Shown in pieces: positions 12,559 through 25,285 of a stretch of DNA of 64,000 nt. Under the pieces are notes generated by a model. The model worked only from the letters and a program-made list of their open reading frames with translations. It made no database searches and was not told where the DNA came from. The position numbers and the translations under genes were made by a program. Every line of letters begins with the position of its first letter. Within the stretch, counting starts at the first letter, position 1. This stretch comes from Lytechinus pictus (taxonomy: Eukaryota): the NCBI RefSeq assembly GCF_037042905.1, contig NC_087250.1, positions 6,264,001 through 6,328,000 of the forward strand. The letters run 5' to 3'.

Positions 12559-12657
12559 TTTTTTCGGCATCACCAATTTTTCCAAAAAGGGTAGATAGCT
12601 CTGGGGAACCTTGATTTAAGCTACGCCTACCATTGTTCTCTTCATCCATTTCTTTCA

Positions 12658-12693
<36 letters not shown>

Positions 12694-12935
12694 GTCGGAT
12701 TTTTTTCTTCATAATTTCTCGTCTGAAGTAATACATATTTATTTAAGTCTAAAAATATTTAATATGACAAATCACGTTTTTTTTTTTGGGGGGGGGGCAG
12801 GATGAAATAAATCGTTTTTTACGAAATGCATAAAAGGTGTGAAGAATGAATCTGATCCCAAAATCATTTCATGAACCAAACAGATTTTACAGAACATAAT
12901 TGTTTTCTACCTTTTCTGTTTATATTTTCCTTCAG

Positions 12936-13435
12936 ATAAGCGAATGTCGTCGGTCTTCTGAGATGACTTCTAGAATGTGGGCATGTCTCAGATCTGTCAC
13001 CTCACTGAAGCGTCTTACCATCTCAAAGTCATCTTTCAGTATCCCTTCATCATCTCCTGAGTTACCATCGGTCACAAACCTATCAGATGTAAGAGTGACG
13101 TCAAACAGCTATGAAGGTCTGATCTCATTGCTCCCTGGTGTGGAAAATATCGATATCACCATAGATGATGCAGAGGGAGACATGGCCCATATCACTGCTG
13201 GTCTTCGTCGGACAGGAGGGCAGAAACTCAAACACATACATCTTTATGGTCCATCATCACTTTCACCAGGGAGCCATGTATCGGAAGAGACAATGCGAGG
13301 ACTGGGTCTGATCATCAAAGAGCATACACAGAACCTGCTGGAGCTCCATCTGCAATCGGTGAAGTGTAGAGACGAGGATGACTTAGTTTACCTAATGGAG
13401 TGCTGCAGACACGTGAAGACGCTGCAATATGTTTT
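12936..13435 (+). CDS. LRR-region exon of an echinoderm-type NLR (NACHT-LRR) immune receptor
   Basis: ttttccttcag acceptor and TT|gtaagt donor; open 166 codons ISECRRSSEMTSRMWACLRSVTSLKRLTIS...NLLELHLQSVKC...VKTLQYV with LxxLxL motifs resembling sea urchin NLR LRR exons. NACHT domain is not in the window, so NLR status is inferred. Confidence 0.85.
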
Positions 13436-14224
13436 GTAAGTTCTTGCTTACTAAAAACATTTTGTTGATATAGTTTAAATATCAATCAAATGCAGTAAGT
13501 TAATTCCCAATGTTACAGCGAGTTCAATTGTAACTTTTTTATAAGCTCCAGTAGCCTGCTATCAATAGTTTTTCATACCTAACTCGCATTCAATGTGAAA
13601 TAATCGATTTGTTTATTGCATTGAAAATGTCCTTTTCAATTTTTCTCAAAATGTTATATGTATTACTTTTTAGTTTTTTAATGTATGTTACTTCAATCAC
13701 ACATTTTGTCATTTTTTGTTATGGCCGGCCCGATCCCCACAGGCCTACTCACACTGGCACCGCATTCTGTTGGTTCACGCTACCACGCACATGGGTCTCG
13801 CGCTCTCCATCAACGGCCGATTAGCTCGGCATAGGAGGATTACCATATGCGCACAAGTAGGCCGTAAAACAATATTTAACAAATGCTTAAAATTTCCGGT
13901 TTACAGACCTTAATACCAACAGATTTCTAGCTCTCATTTATATTCAATTGATGAATAAGGTAAGGCCAGGATTTCATGAATTTCTAATATTGAAATTGTC
14001 ATTTTTTTCAGAATGGATTATCGATATCGACAAGTTTCATTTCGCGCTTAGGAAGAGGATTAGAAAAATAGTCATTTTCATACGATGACAACATGTCTTT
14101 ACAATTTTCCCTTGTGCTTGGTCTATCATCATTGTGAAGTACTATCCAAGTCCACTTCACAATTTGTTTTACGATGCTTGAAAGACTGCATAAATGGAAA
14201 TTTTTAAGATCGCCATCATTTTTT

Positions 14225-16470
14225 TTCAGCTCGCGCTCGCGGATTACTGATTTCCATAATAAAAGAAACGTATTTAGAATGCCAAGATTCTAGGTCTAAA
14301 TTCCCAAAACACGCGCACACAATAGATACGCAGTCTGTTTATTATTCAAAACGTGCTTAAACTATCCTGTTTCATATCATAATATCATAATTTTTCTTCT
14401 CGCGATTCGCACTCGCATTATTAATGTAGGAAGATACTAAATTAGTCGTTCTTTTCGTGATTTACGAAACATGAATAGTGTGTCGCGTTTTTAGGTCTAA
14501 ATCTCTTTTTTTTTCGTTTCGCGCACGAATAAAATTTTAAGTTATATATCTATTTTGTTTATAATTACAAAAAGTGCTTAGAATGTCCGATTTTGGGGTC
14601 AAAATGTCAACAATTTTCAGGTCACGCTTCGAGCTCGCATTAAATGATTTTTGAAACATGTAGGCTTATCGTTTTTATTGGCAACTGCAAACATTCCTTA
14701 AAAGGTTTGTTTTCCATCAGGCTAGAACATAATATCACAATTTTCTGCTCGAGATTCGCTCTCGCAGTAATAATTTATTTACATACACATCTTGTTCTCG
14801 ATCACAATTATTGCTCAGAATGTTCAATTTTCAGGAAAAATACATTAAAGTTCTTTTAAAAAATTTGCTCGCGCTTCATGCTCGTACCATTTAATTAGGG
14901 CTTATATGAGATTATTATTCATTTATGTTTTGTGAGAATAAAGCTAGGAAGTGATCGTTAGGACTAACATAATAAAATAATCACAGGGCGGGAGGTCAGG
15001 GGATCTTGGTGGCCTTTCTACGTCATTGTTGAGGGCCACAACTTGATCTCCAAAGAGTTCTTTGGGTCTACCTCGAATGATGTTGGAACGAATGACTGGA
15101 GTGCTTGTCCTGAATCCGCCAAAGATGCAGATTCACTCCTCGATTCTGCCTCTCAAAATGTTAGTCCAACGACTGTTGTATGATCTGCTCGTTAATTATT
15201 TTCAATTACATTCGCCACTTACACTCCTTTGGAAGGAAAATGTCCAATCAGGATTTTTGCCAGTTCGGGCATCGATGAAAGTATTTACATCTGCATGACA
15301 AAATGACAAAAAGTGGTTTTCACCAGTTGCATTCAGAATCACTTTTGGTCATGCGTGGCACAAATGGTACAAATAGGGTATCAATGAAAAACTAATGAGT
15401 ATTTCTTTCACTTCCATGCAAAATAATTCCCAAACTAAATATAATTTGAATACCAGACCTCTAGATTTGGATTACCTTTTTTTCTGAAACGCACTGTATA
15501 TTAATTTTATAACAAACTACTTAGAATCCCGCATTTAGGACATTTTATAAAAAAAAAATAGGCTCGCGATTTGCGCTCACATTGTTAGTTAAAAATATAT
15601 CAACCCATGAATCATATTCATGATTACAAAAGTAAATGAAATATCCAGTTTCAGGCCTCAATGTCAACAAATTTTACGCACTTTTTGGCTAATTAGATAT
15701 AATAAATACTTTTATGAATTCCTAATAACTAAATTGTCCCTTTTTCAGAAATGAAGTTTCATATCGTACTTAGGAATAGTAATATAACGATAGTAATGAA
15801 GACAAAATGTCCGTCAGCCTAGAATGTCCCGATCCTAGGTCAAAATGATAATCAAATAACAGCTCGCGTGTTAAATAGTGCTTAAATTGACCCTTTTCTT
15901 TGTATCGGAATATCAAATACTTTCAGCTCGCCCTACGCGCTTGCATTGTTGGTTTTCAAAAAAAAAATGTATTCAGATAATGTCTAACTCTAAAACAGGC
16001 GCACGCATGTTTCTTTTTTTTTAATACGCAGCTTGATCTCCATTCAATATGTGTTAAATTTATCCAGTTTCAGCTCGAAATATCAAAAAAAAATTGCTCC
16101 CGCTTTGCGCTCGAATTGTTAATATAGATATCTAGGTACCAAACTATACCCATCTTTTTTCATGATTTACAAAACATGAAAAGAGTTTCCTGTTCTTAGG
16201 TTTGAATTTTCATACCTCTCACGCTTCGTGCTCGCATCAATTGTTTGTTCATATTCATGTACCGTTTAGGATTACAACAAGTGCATAGAACGTCGTTTTT
16301 TTTAGGTCGGAAAGTCAAAAATTTTCAGCTCGCGCTTTGCGCTCGCATTATTTATTCGTTGAGACATGAATCGTTTTAATCGCTAACTGCAAAAGTCCTT
16401 AACAGGTCCCTTTTCTACACGACAAGATAGTATAATAAAAAAATTATGCTCGCGGTTCGCGATCGCAGTA
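14225..16470. repeat. Periodic array of GCTCGCGCTTCGCGCTCGCA motifs with AT-rich spacers
   Basis: About a dozen degenerate copies, mostly ~110-125 bp apart; block ~14240-14800 recurs at ~15930-16470. Confidence 0.8.
15020..15496 (-). mobile_element. Decayed Tc1-like transposon 5' fragment
   Basis: Minus strand starts TA|CAGTGCGTTTCAGAAAAAAAGG; downstream frame reads FRTSTPVIRSNIIRGRPKELFGDQVVAL (Tc1 GRPR/K motif), interrupted by stops. Confidence 0.55.
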
Positions 16471-16743
16471 AGTCCCGACGTTTCGTTGGAGAACGCGAAC
16501 GCTTATTTACGACGTTAGCTGATTTTGGAAGAGACTTTTGGGATCGTCGTCATGGTCGTAAAACTCTGTCCTGCAATGCAAATTCTGTAACATGAGATCT
16601 TTTGCGTTTTGCATCTGCAACAGAAACATTGAATATGCGTTTCGTGTGAAAAATTCTGGTCGCTACTATGGTAACAGCGATAAATTCGATCTAGGACGAC
16701 TTTCCAAAGCCACATTTGGTTTCTCCCAGAGCTCGAGAGGCCG

Positions 16744-17044
16744 CCCATGGGGCCCACTTCCATTGAAGAGTGGATACCAGGCGCGACCACATGTAAAAAG
16801 GGAAAGAGTGGGCAAGTACGTTACGTATAGGCCTATGTTACGTAATACGGATGTCAAAAACGATGTTTAAAATATTGAAAAGGAGGATATGTCTTCAATA
16901 CTTGTAGGGTTTCACAAGCTAAATACTTTTTAAGAGATGCATTTTCATAATCTGGAAAAGCTTTGCTTCCCTTGTTTAGGGTGCTTTTTGAAACCGCATG
17001 GTCGTACCTGGTATCCACTCATCAATGGAAGTGGTCCCCCCGGG
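16744..17044. mobile_element. MITE
   Basis: TIRs CCACTTCCATTGAAGAGTGGATACCAGG / CCTGGTATCCACTCATCAATGGAAGTGG with GGGG/CCCC ends. Confidence 0.75.
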
Positions 17045-19664
17045 AATTCGAATCTATTCCGCATTTCTGGGGAAAGTAAAACATAATGCCCATTACATTG
17101 TGTGCTAGAGGCAAATCGTTTGTGTAGTAGTAAACAAAAGAAAAAAGGCAGACGTAACATGCTGTGTAAATAATCAACGCATGCGAAATGGTTTCGGCTG
17201 GAGAGGTGATTTGACCCACGGAATCAATTGCCAGAGATCCACCAATAATCCACATTAAATGCAATATCGATTCGATGGACTGTAATGATCTATATCTAAG
17301 CCTTGATTCAGTAACCTTATCCTCACTCAATATGTACTCGATTTGTTTGAAAAAACAATTTCTTATCCATGTTATAATCTATTGTAGCTCCTGCATTTCG
17401 AATATCTCCAGCCATCAGTCGTAATACATGCATGTATGGTGCGGGTGTCGCGGGAAAGAATTTTGCACACGAAAAGCAGATCTGTAGGGCCTGTAACCCC
17501 CCCTGTAACACAATGCTTAGCATTGATTGTAGAGTAGTTTTCTACGTTTGATTATATTGACTATAATGTACAATCAATCTTAAAAATCAAGTGTATGATT
17601 AAGCGTAAAATTTTGTGTTAGGGGACCCTAATATTAGCGTCCGTGATGATTGCGAAACGTGGCTATTATCTAGTTACATACGCATTTTCTTCAGGTTCAC
17701 AATCATTGCCCGGAATGTTCGATTTTCAGGACAAAATACATGAAATAAAAAAAATTGCCGTTTTACCCCACCCCCCTCAAAAAAATAATTAATAAAAAAA
17801 AATTAAATTAAATAGAATTCACGGCCAAGAAAAAAAAACAGAAAGGCATAAGGGTGAAATATAATATATTTTTTTTAATATTATGTAAAAATCTATCACC
17901 AACTTGGATTTTTGTACTAAAAATGTCAAAATTTTTGCTCGCTCGTCTCGCTCGCTCGCAACTTGTTAATTTTACGCCATACGCCTTATCAAGCCCCCTC
18001 AAAGTTGTTGGTTCATTACGCCACTGGGACATCCCTTCAAAGAATCAAACAAAAATCAATTTTAAACGGCCAATATGGAAAATATGGTTGAAAAAAAATT
18101 GTCGCCCCATTTAGGCAAAAATTTATGGAGGAGGGGACATCACAAATTGTCGCCCCATTTTACTCGACACTGAACACACAAACAAACAAAATAGGTAATG
18201 TAGAATTGCAAATGCAATTGGACCATTTGGCTATTAGACGAACTGGGCACTTAACCAAATGAGAATTAGACCAAGTATAAATTAGACCAATTGCAAACTG
18301 GACCAAATGGGTTAAGCTCACGTGTTATTAGACAAACGGAATTAGTCCAATTTTTGTTAGACCAAGTGGATAAAACCGAATTTTCCATAGGCTCAGCTGC
18401 TATTTTCCCTCTAAGCCTTTAAGATATTCTTCTCAAAAATAAATGTCATCATATTCGATCATTTTTATTAATAGAAATGTGTAAAAAAATCAAATTATAG
18501 CAAATTTTAACTTGTGTTTATTCAACCGTGAAATTTAGCCAAAAACTTGGATCGTCTTTTCGAAAGTACCTTTTACAAGCCTTCTGACTATTTTTCATGA
18601 TTAGTATGTGGAATTCGTTCCAATAAAGTGGAATCAAAATAAGGATATTTGGCTTGTGACTTTTTAAAAGTGACAATTTTGCCTTCTGGCGGTGCTCACC
18701 GAAGCATGACATAACATTCACTCAGAGGGTTGCTTACAGAATTACCTACACGGTCATGTAAAAATATATTAAAAACTCGCACTGGTTCGGAAATTATGGA
18801 TGTTTGTTTTTAAGGGGGGAATTACTTTTTTTGTTGTGTATAGTTCGGAGGAAAGTTGGCGACAAACAATGGTGCGAAAAAATAAACAAATAAAGAAATA
18901 AATAAATACTAAAGAAAATTCTGACGAAATTAAGAGGTGACCTATCAGAGACAGACCACCTAATGATAACAAAAAACAATGATAATAGTACACACATATA
19001 CACACACGCACAAAACCTTACAACAAACAACGACACACACCAGGACACACATACACACTACACACTATACATTTGTGTGATTGGCTGCAATTTGTGGTTC
19101 TAGCTTTCTTTTTGTGGTGTCAAGTGTTGCACAAATTGTCACGGGCCGACAATTTGTGGTTTAACAAGATTAACGTCGCCATTGTTCAAACGGCAAGGAA
19201 TTGATTTCCCGAAGGCAAGAAAAGGGATCGAGCACTGCCTAAGGGTTATGCATAATATGAAATCAAGCAGTTTCTGAAGCATGATCTTTTGCTTTTCTAG
19301 CAATTGCCTGTACTGGAAGCAAGTGCTACTTTTTATGCATCTGACCCATTAACAAACATTTTATGGAATATTACTCAATATTATTTGATACACCTATCAT
19401 TTTTCGTACTGCAAAGTCACTTTTACCTGCATTTTTCGTACTTCAAAGTCAAAGTCAAGATCTTGTTAGTACTCTTGTATTATGAAGTATAAATTTTCAT
19501 TTCGGGAGAGTAAACAAAAGGTATTGAATTAAAACTAACGTGTCACATATTACTAGCGTTTTAACCTGAAACATACAATTGACACATACACGCAAACACT
19601 TTTGATATACATTCCCTATTTTCTTATGATTTCTTATACCCATTCTTTTATTTCATGATTTCAG

Positions 19665-19764
19665 GCTCTCTAAATGTGGGACGACGAATAATGGCAGGCT
19701 GCATTCATACCTCGGGGACCAAAACCGTGGATCTTCCGACGGTTTCTATGTGCGTTTTGAACAT
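19665..19764 (+). CDS. Penultimate coding exon of NLR-type gene 1
   Basis: tttcag acceptor and CAT|gtaaga donor; 100 nt = 1 + 33 codons, completes the phase-2 codon TT+G (Leu), then LSKCGTTNNGRLHSYLGDQNRGSSDGFYVRFEH; GC-richer than flanks. Confidence 0.75.
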
Positions 19765-20819
19765 GTAAGATATACTGCACTGCTTTTACGCTTTGTAATT
19801 TCAATGTCACATTGATGCATACCAGCACTTGAATTTAGGGTTAAAAAATACGAATAACATGTTAGTCTATAGCAAGATTGTTTATCATTCATATTGAAAG
19901 CAAACATAAATGTGAAATAAAAAATATAATAAGCCTGTATTGTATTTTTTTAAATTTTACAATACAATATAGAAGATGGATCACAATTCGTTCGTTTTTT
20001 ATAGTAAATCATTTTTGCTTTGGTTCAAAGAAACAAAACAATATTATTCGCTTTGAACTTCAATATAAATGAGTTTTCCAACAGCTTTTGTGATATTGAA
20101 TAATATGACAACATCGAACTGCAGCAAACGTTTTAATCGATTTGGGCGAAAATAAACAGCGAGTGCTATGGACGGGGAAAGAGAGGACGTTGTTGAATTT
20201 CTAGTGTGTATTTTGTATTTATCTAAAGTGCACAAAAGGGAAATATAAGGGGGGGGGGGAAGGGAGACAGAGAGCAGGAAAAATTTGAGAGTATAGATTG
20301 GGCTTCCTCTGAGTAATACTCATGAATTTCCCTGGTTCCTCCTTTTTTCTATTTACAAGTTTATCATAATTTACTGTAAGATAAATATTTCTTTTAGAAT
20401 ATTTGCCCTTTAACCGATCCCATACTGTCTGCTTTGAAAATAATTGCTTTTCAAAACAAGGTGCCCAGGAATATAATATACTAATAAACATGTATATAAG
20501 CTCTATGAAATGCATCACAGCGAAACAAAAACAGAGTAGTCACAGTGTCATAGGAATATGCTCTATGCATATTAGGTAATAAAGAAACAGAATGGACCCA
20601 AAAATGAAAGTGACAAACTGTTAAAAATAGCAGGACAAGCGTTATGCTTTTTCACCTCTTACAATCTGGGTGATTTGTTAAAAATAGCTTCTGTTGTCGG
20701 GCTTCCAACATAGGAAAAAGGCAGAAAAAAAAATCAATTATGACGTCATCGTTTTGAGTCCGGTAACGTCACGGTTCATTTTTTTTCTCCTTTTCCATTA
20801 CCGCATTTCAATTTTTTAA

Positions 20820-23053
20820 TTTTTATCACATGGCGATACCATAAATATATTTTCTGAGAGTTTGCATTGATGCACACTACATTTTCTCGCATATTTGGTG
20901 CAGCTTTCCTATTCTATCTGCATTCGGATTATATAAACCGACTTTTCCTGACATAGCAGTTTAGTCCCAATCAGAGCCCCAAACCAAGCAATCCCCCCCC
21001 CACAAAAAAAAAAAAAAAAAATATCTATATATATGAATATAAATATATAAATAAAATAGGTTGACTATTTTGCTGAAGTTTTCTATCGCACATTTTTTTT
21101 CAGTCAAATCTTCCCCTTTCACTGATTTTATTGAAAGACGCACTTAACAAACAACATACATGCTATTGTACCGTCGTTCAGATGTGGATTCCGTCTGGTC
21201 AGAGTAAAATTATACTATGCATGGATATAAAAAATCAAGAAAATTATCTTATCACGACCCAGACGTATGCAGTTTGGTCGGAGAAAAGTCAGTTGGAGGA
21301 AAGTTTGGACTAGTTCCCGTCTGGACAGAGTTACTGCAACCATCCTCTGACCAAGATACTCATTCCACCTACCAAGACACTAGCCACTTTCCTGTCGCGG
21401 GGAAGGAGAGCCAAATGTTATGCTCTACACATGCGTGACCAAAATAAAAACCCGTTTAAATGTTTTTTTTTGGTCTTCAGTCTTAGACGCGGCCACGCGT
21501 GCACCCGTTAAGGGTATCAAAAACACCGATTTTCGAAGAAGGTGGTTTTGAAAGACTGGTCAATTGTCAGTCGCGGTTTAAAACGCATTTAGGGTATTTT
21601 TTCCATGTTTTTTTCAAGACTAGCCAAACATGTTTAGGTTTTTTTTTTCTTTCTTTTTTCGGATATTGTGTTGCCATGGTAACGGTGTATTTTGACCCCC
21701 CCCCCCAAGAAAAAAAAAATTGCCGTTTATAATAATTCATCAGTTTTCTACCAATTTTCATGAAAGGTGACTCACACATTGGTTTGGAGGTTAAGATGTG
21801 CGAGACACATTTTTGCATGTGTCGGAAATTGTGTTGCCCTGGTAACAGTACATGTATATTATGTCGAAAAGTATGTAAAAATGTTGCAGTTCTAACTGCT
21901 TCCTCAGTTCTTAATCATATCTCGTGAAAATTCGGCATAAAAATTAGTCTTGATGTGAAAATGTGCAAGACATGTTTGTCTGTATCAAAAGTCATTTTGT
22001 CATGGTAACAACACTTTTTTATCACATGGCGATACCATTAATATATTTTCTGAGAGCTTTCATTGATACACACTACAGCTTTTGCCATTTTTTTTTTCTC
22101 GCATATTTGGTGCAGCTTTCCTTTTCTATCTGCATTCGGATTATATACGCCGACTTTTCCCGACATAGCAGTTTAGGCCCAATGAGAGCCCCAAACCAAG
22201 CAACCCCCCCCCAAAAAAAAAAAAAAAATAAATAAAATAAAATAAAATAAAAATATATATATATATGCAGCAATGGAGATACACACCTGAAAGTCGACCC
22301 TGAGTCAACCGACTTGAAGTCAATTTACTCAGGGTCATGTTCAGAACTTATACATTTTTTTGAGCTCGGAGTGCTTTCACGATGGGAAACACAGTTGGGG
22401 TGTGATCGCTTATTAGAACAGCCACTACGTACATTCTCGATCGGCCATTTCGTTACGATTTTAAAAAAAAATGGCCGATCGAGACGGGGGTAGAAGGAGA
22501 GAACTTTTCGTTTTTTTGAGGTTCCAGTCTGTGCCCAGATGTCAGGAAACTGCCACTCGTTAGACCTTCATCCATATAATCGTGGTAATTGTATACTTTC
22601 TGTTTTCACAATTCATTGGAGAAATATTTAGACCATAAATCACCCTAGTCCGGTGACTATGGTCAAATACACGGTAAGCCCCTGGGCGTACCAGTCACTG
22701 GCACCTGCCACTGCACCACTCTAAATTATACTTAACCCAGGGAGCTTACCGTGTATTTGACCAAAGTCACCGGACTAGGGTGATTTATGGTCTAAATATT
22801 TCTCCAAATGAATTGTGAAAACAGAAAGTATACAATTACTTCGATTATATGGATGAATCTAACGAGTGGCAGTTTCCTGACATCTGGGCTGGCTGGCTGT
22901 TCTAATAAGCGATCACACCCCCCAACTGTGTTTCCCATCGTGAAAGCACTCCGAGCTAAAAAAAAATCATAAGTTCTGAACATGACCCTGAGTAAATTGA
23001 CTTCAAGTCGGTTGACTCAGGGTCGACTTTCAGGTATGTATCTCCATTGCTGC

Positions 23054-23086
<33 letters not shown>

Positions 23087-23305
23087 ATAGGTTGACTATT
23101 TTGTTAAGGTTTTCTATCGCACATATTTTTTTTTCAGTCAGATCTTCCCCTTTCACTGATGTGATGGAAATACGCGCTTAACAATCAACATACATGCTAT
23201 TGTAACGTTGTTTAGATGAGGATTCCTTCTAGTCAGAGTAAAATTATATTATGCATGGATATATAAAAAATCAAGAAAATTTTCTTATCACGACCCAGAC
23301 GTATG
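20820..23305 (+). repeat. Local direct duplication (~450 bp): 20820-21270 and 22015-23305
   Basis: Both run ttttatcacatggcgatacc ... cttatcacgacccagacgtatg; second copy split by a foldback insertion. Confidence 0.9.
22266..23054. mobile_element. Foldback MITE (~790 bp) inserted in a (TA)n tract
   Basis: TGCAGCAATGGAGATAC...GTATCTCCATTGCTGCA; near-perfect arms 22266-22686 and 22736-23054 around a ~49-nt spacer. Confidence 0.9.
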
Positions 23306-25285
23306 GTTGGTTGGTCATGACCTGCCCCCCCCCCCCCAAAAAAAAAAAAAAAATCCGAAATGGGTTTTCAAGTTACAAACAAAGGACAGAAACAAATGAA
23401 ATGGTCCCGACTCCTAAGTAAGAGTTTTAAGTTCAATTTATTTAAATGAGCATATCCTACAGAGACATGCAAAACAAAAAGACAATGCTAACTTTTTTTG
23501 GCTACATGTAAAACTAGATTCTAGACCTGCATGTAGTTACAGGTCTAGTTCTAGTTTTAAGGGGGCTATACCTAGATCATGAACTACAGTCCCTTGCTCA
23601 GATCTCCTAGAAATAATCTAAACCCCTAGCTTACTTCCTTTTTAGGCCTAGATGAGAAGATCTAGACTACATCTAGATCAAGATCTGCATTTAGAAAGTC
23701 TTGATCTAGGCCTACATTGAGATACGAGTCTCTAGATCTAGAATAGGGTCTAACTTTTAGTCTAACAAATATAGATCTTGATATCTAGATCTAGGTCTAG
23801 GCTAGGCCCTGGTCTAGACTGAGCTGTTGGTCTAGGCTTAGTCCTGTTTTTTAGTCCTGGGAGAGGAAAACAAGTCCAAAAAATGTTTAGACTTTAAATA
23901 GACTAAAAACTCCCCAAACAAACATATGGACAGTAGGACTAGATTCTAGGCCCAGTTGGCAAGCAATGCAATGGTCAGATCTAGATCTATGCCTATCCCT
24001 GTCCATAGGCTAAGGCCAGGCTAAGTCCTGAATGTTATTATAGGCCTAGACCAATACGGTTGTTCCATCCACTGGACTAGTCTTTGTTTTGCTTCAGGAA
24101 AGAAAAGTCAAAAGACAAAACAACTTTAATTCTCCTCCAAACAAACAGATTTCAGCTGGAGATCTAGGCCTAATGTTAGACCCAAAACTAGTCTCAAAAG
24201 TTATCCCTTAAATCTACTTAACGTTAGAATAACGATATCGACCTCTTAAGTTATTCTTTTAGATCTAGACTTTAAAATGGATGTGGTGAATCTATTCTGT
24301 GTTTAATTTAGATTTTGACCAACAATACATGAGAAGCAATAAATGGGACTATCATAAAAAAAACTGTGTAAGTCACTCAGTTTGGGAGTGAAATGTTTTA
24401 TTAATTAACAGAATATAGATAAACTGAATTTAAAAATCTCACCATGTTTGGATGATGAATGTTATTCTTTTACTACATTTTTTTGTAATTAAGTTTCCAT
24501 AAAAAAACAAATTTTGATGAAAACCAACTTTAGCAACATTTTTTTCAACTTTGTTGCAGTCATCCCCGCAAGCATTATAACATTATTTAAATCATTTTAA
24601 AGCTAACCAATGAAATGAAAGAAAATATAATAACCCAACTGAAATGTAGTAATCCAATTCGTAATATAATCCCATATACCAATAAGGAATAAGGAGATGA
24701 AGATGATAAAGATGTCTTGGTTATTATGTTATAATGAAAATAAGAACTAAAGAGTTAGGAACGAGTAGATCACCTGCATAGAGAAGGAAGGAAGATAACA
24801 AAAGAGAATGAGAGGAAAGGAACTCGGAGTTGAAAGAATGAATGACAAATGAATATAATTAAACTCATATAACCTAAGTTCAGTCTAAAAGGGTAGTACT
24901 GAACATAAATGCAAATGAACTCAAGTCTAGACTGAATAGAAATGTAAAACAGCTGGCAAAGAAAACATAATAGAACAAATAAACAAATTAGAAAATGCCA
25001 TAATAACTATTTGTATAACTACACTCGTTTTGCCTTTTGTAAATATTTCCATTGTGCTTTTCATTTGTCATTATGTTTTGTGTATTCATTGTTTATTTCT
25101 AGTAAGATCTTAGAGTCATTATTTTATCCATTGTTATACTCTCTATACATATAACTATCTATTCTTCGTTTAATTTAAATCTTAATTATGGATATCAAGG
25201 CATATCTCGGAATTTCATGCAATCCGAGTAGTACTGTGAGGTCAATTTTGTGCTAATGTATGTTTACATTTCTTTCTTTTTTTAG

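Larger units (their letters stand above)
11763..12650. mobile_element. Inverted pair of a ~300-bp repeat (foldback element), each arm carrying a tRNA-like gene
   Basis: 11763-12068 is the reverse complement of ~12345-12648; spacer holds (CA)n/(TA)n and a partial third copy of the terminal segment (12070-12135). Confidence 0.8.

Noticed and set aside
13720..13865. GC-rich patch after the LRR exon as an extra exon
   Set aside because: No convincing acceptor/donor pair; flanking exons already join in phase.
14225..16470. CRISPR array interpretation of the hairpin-motif array
   Set aside because: Repeats are degenerate, spacers are ~100 bp and recur as a higher-order block; no cas genes.
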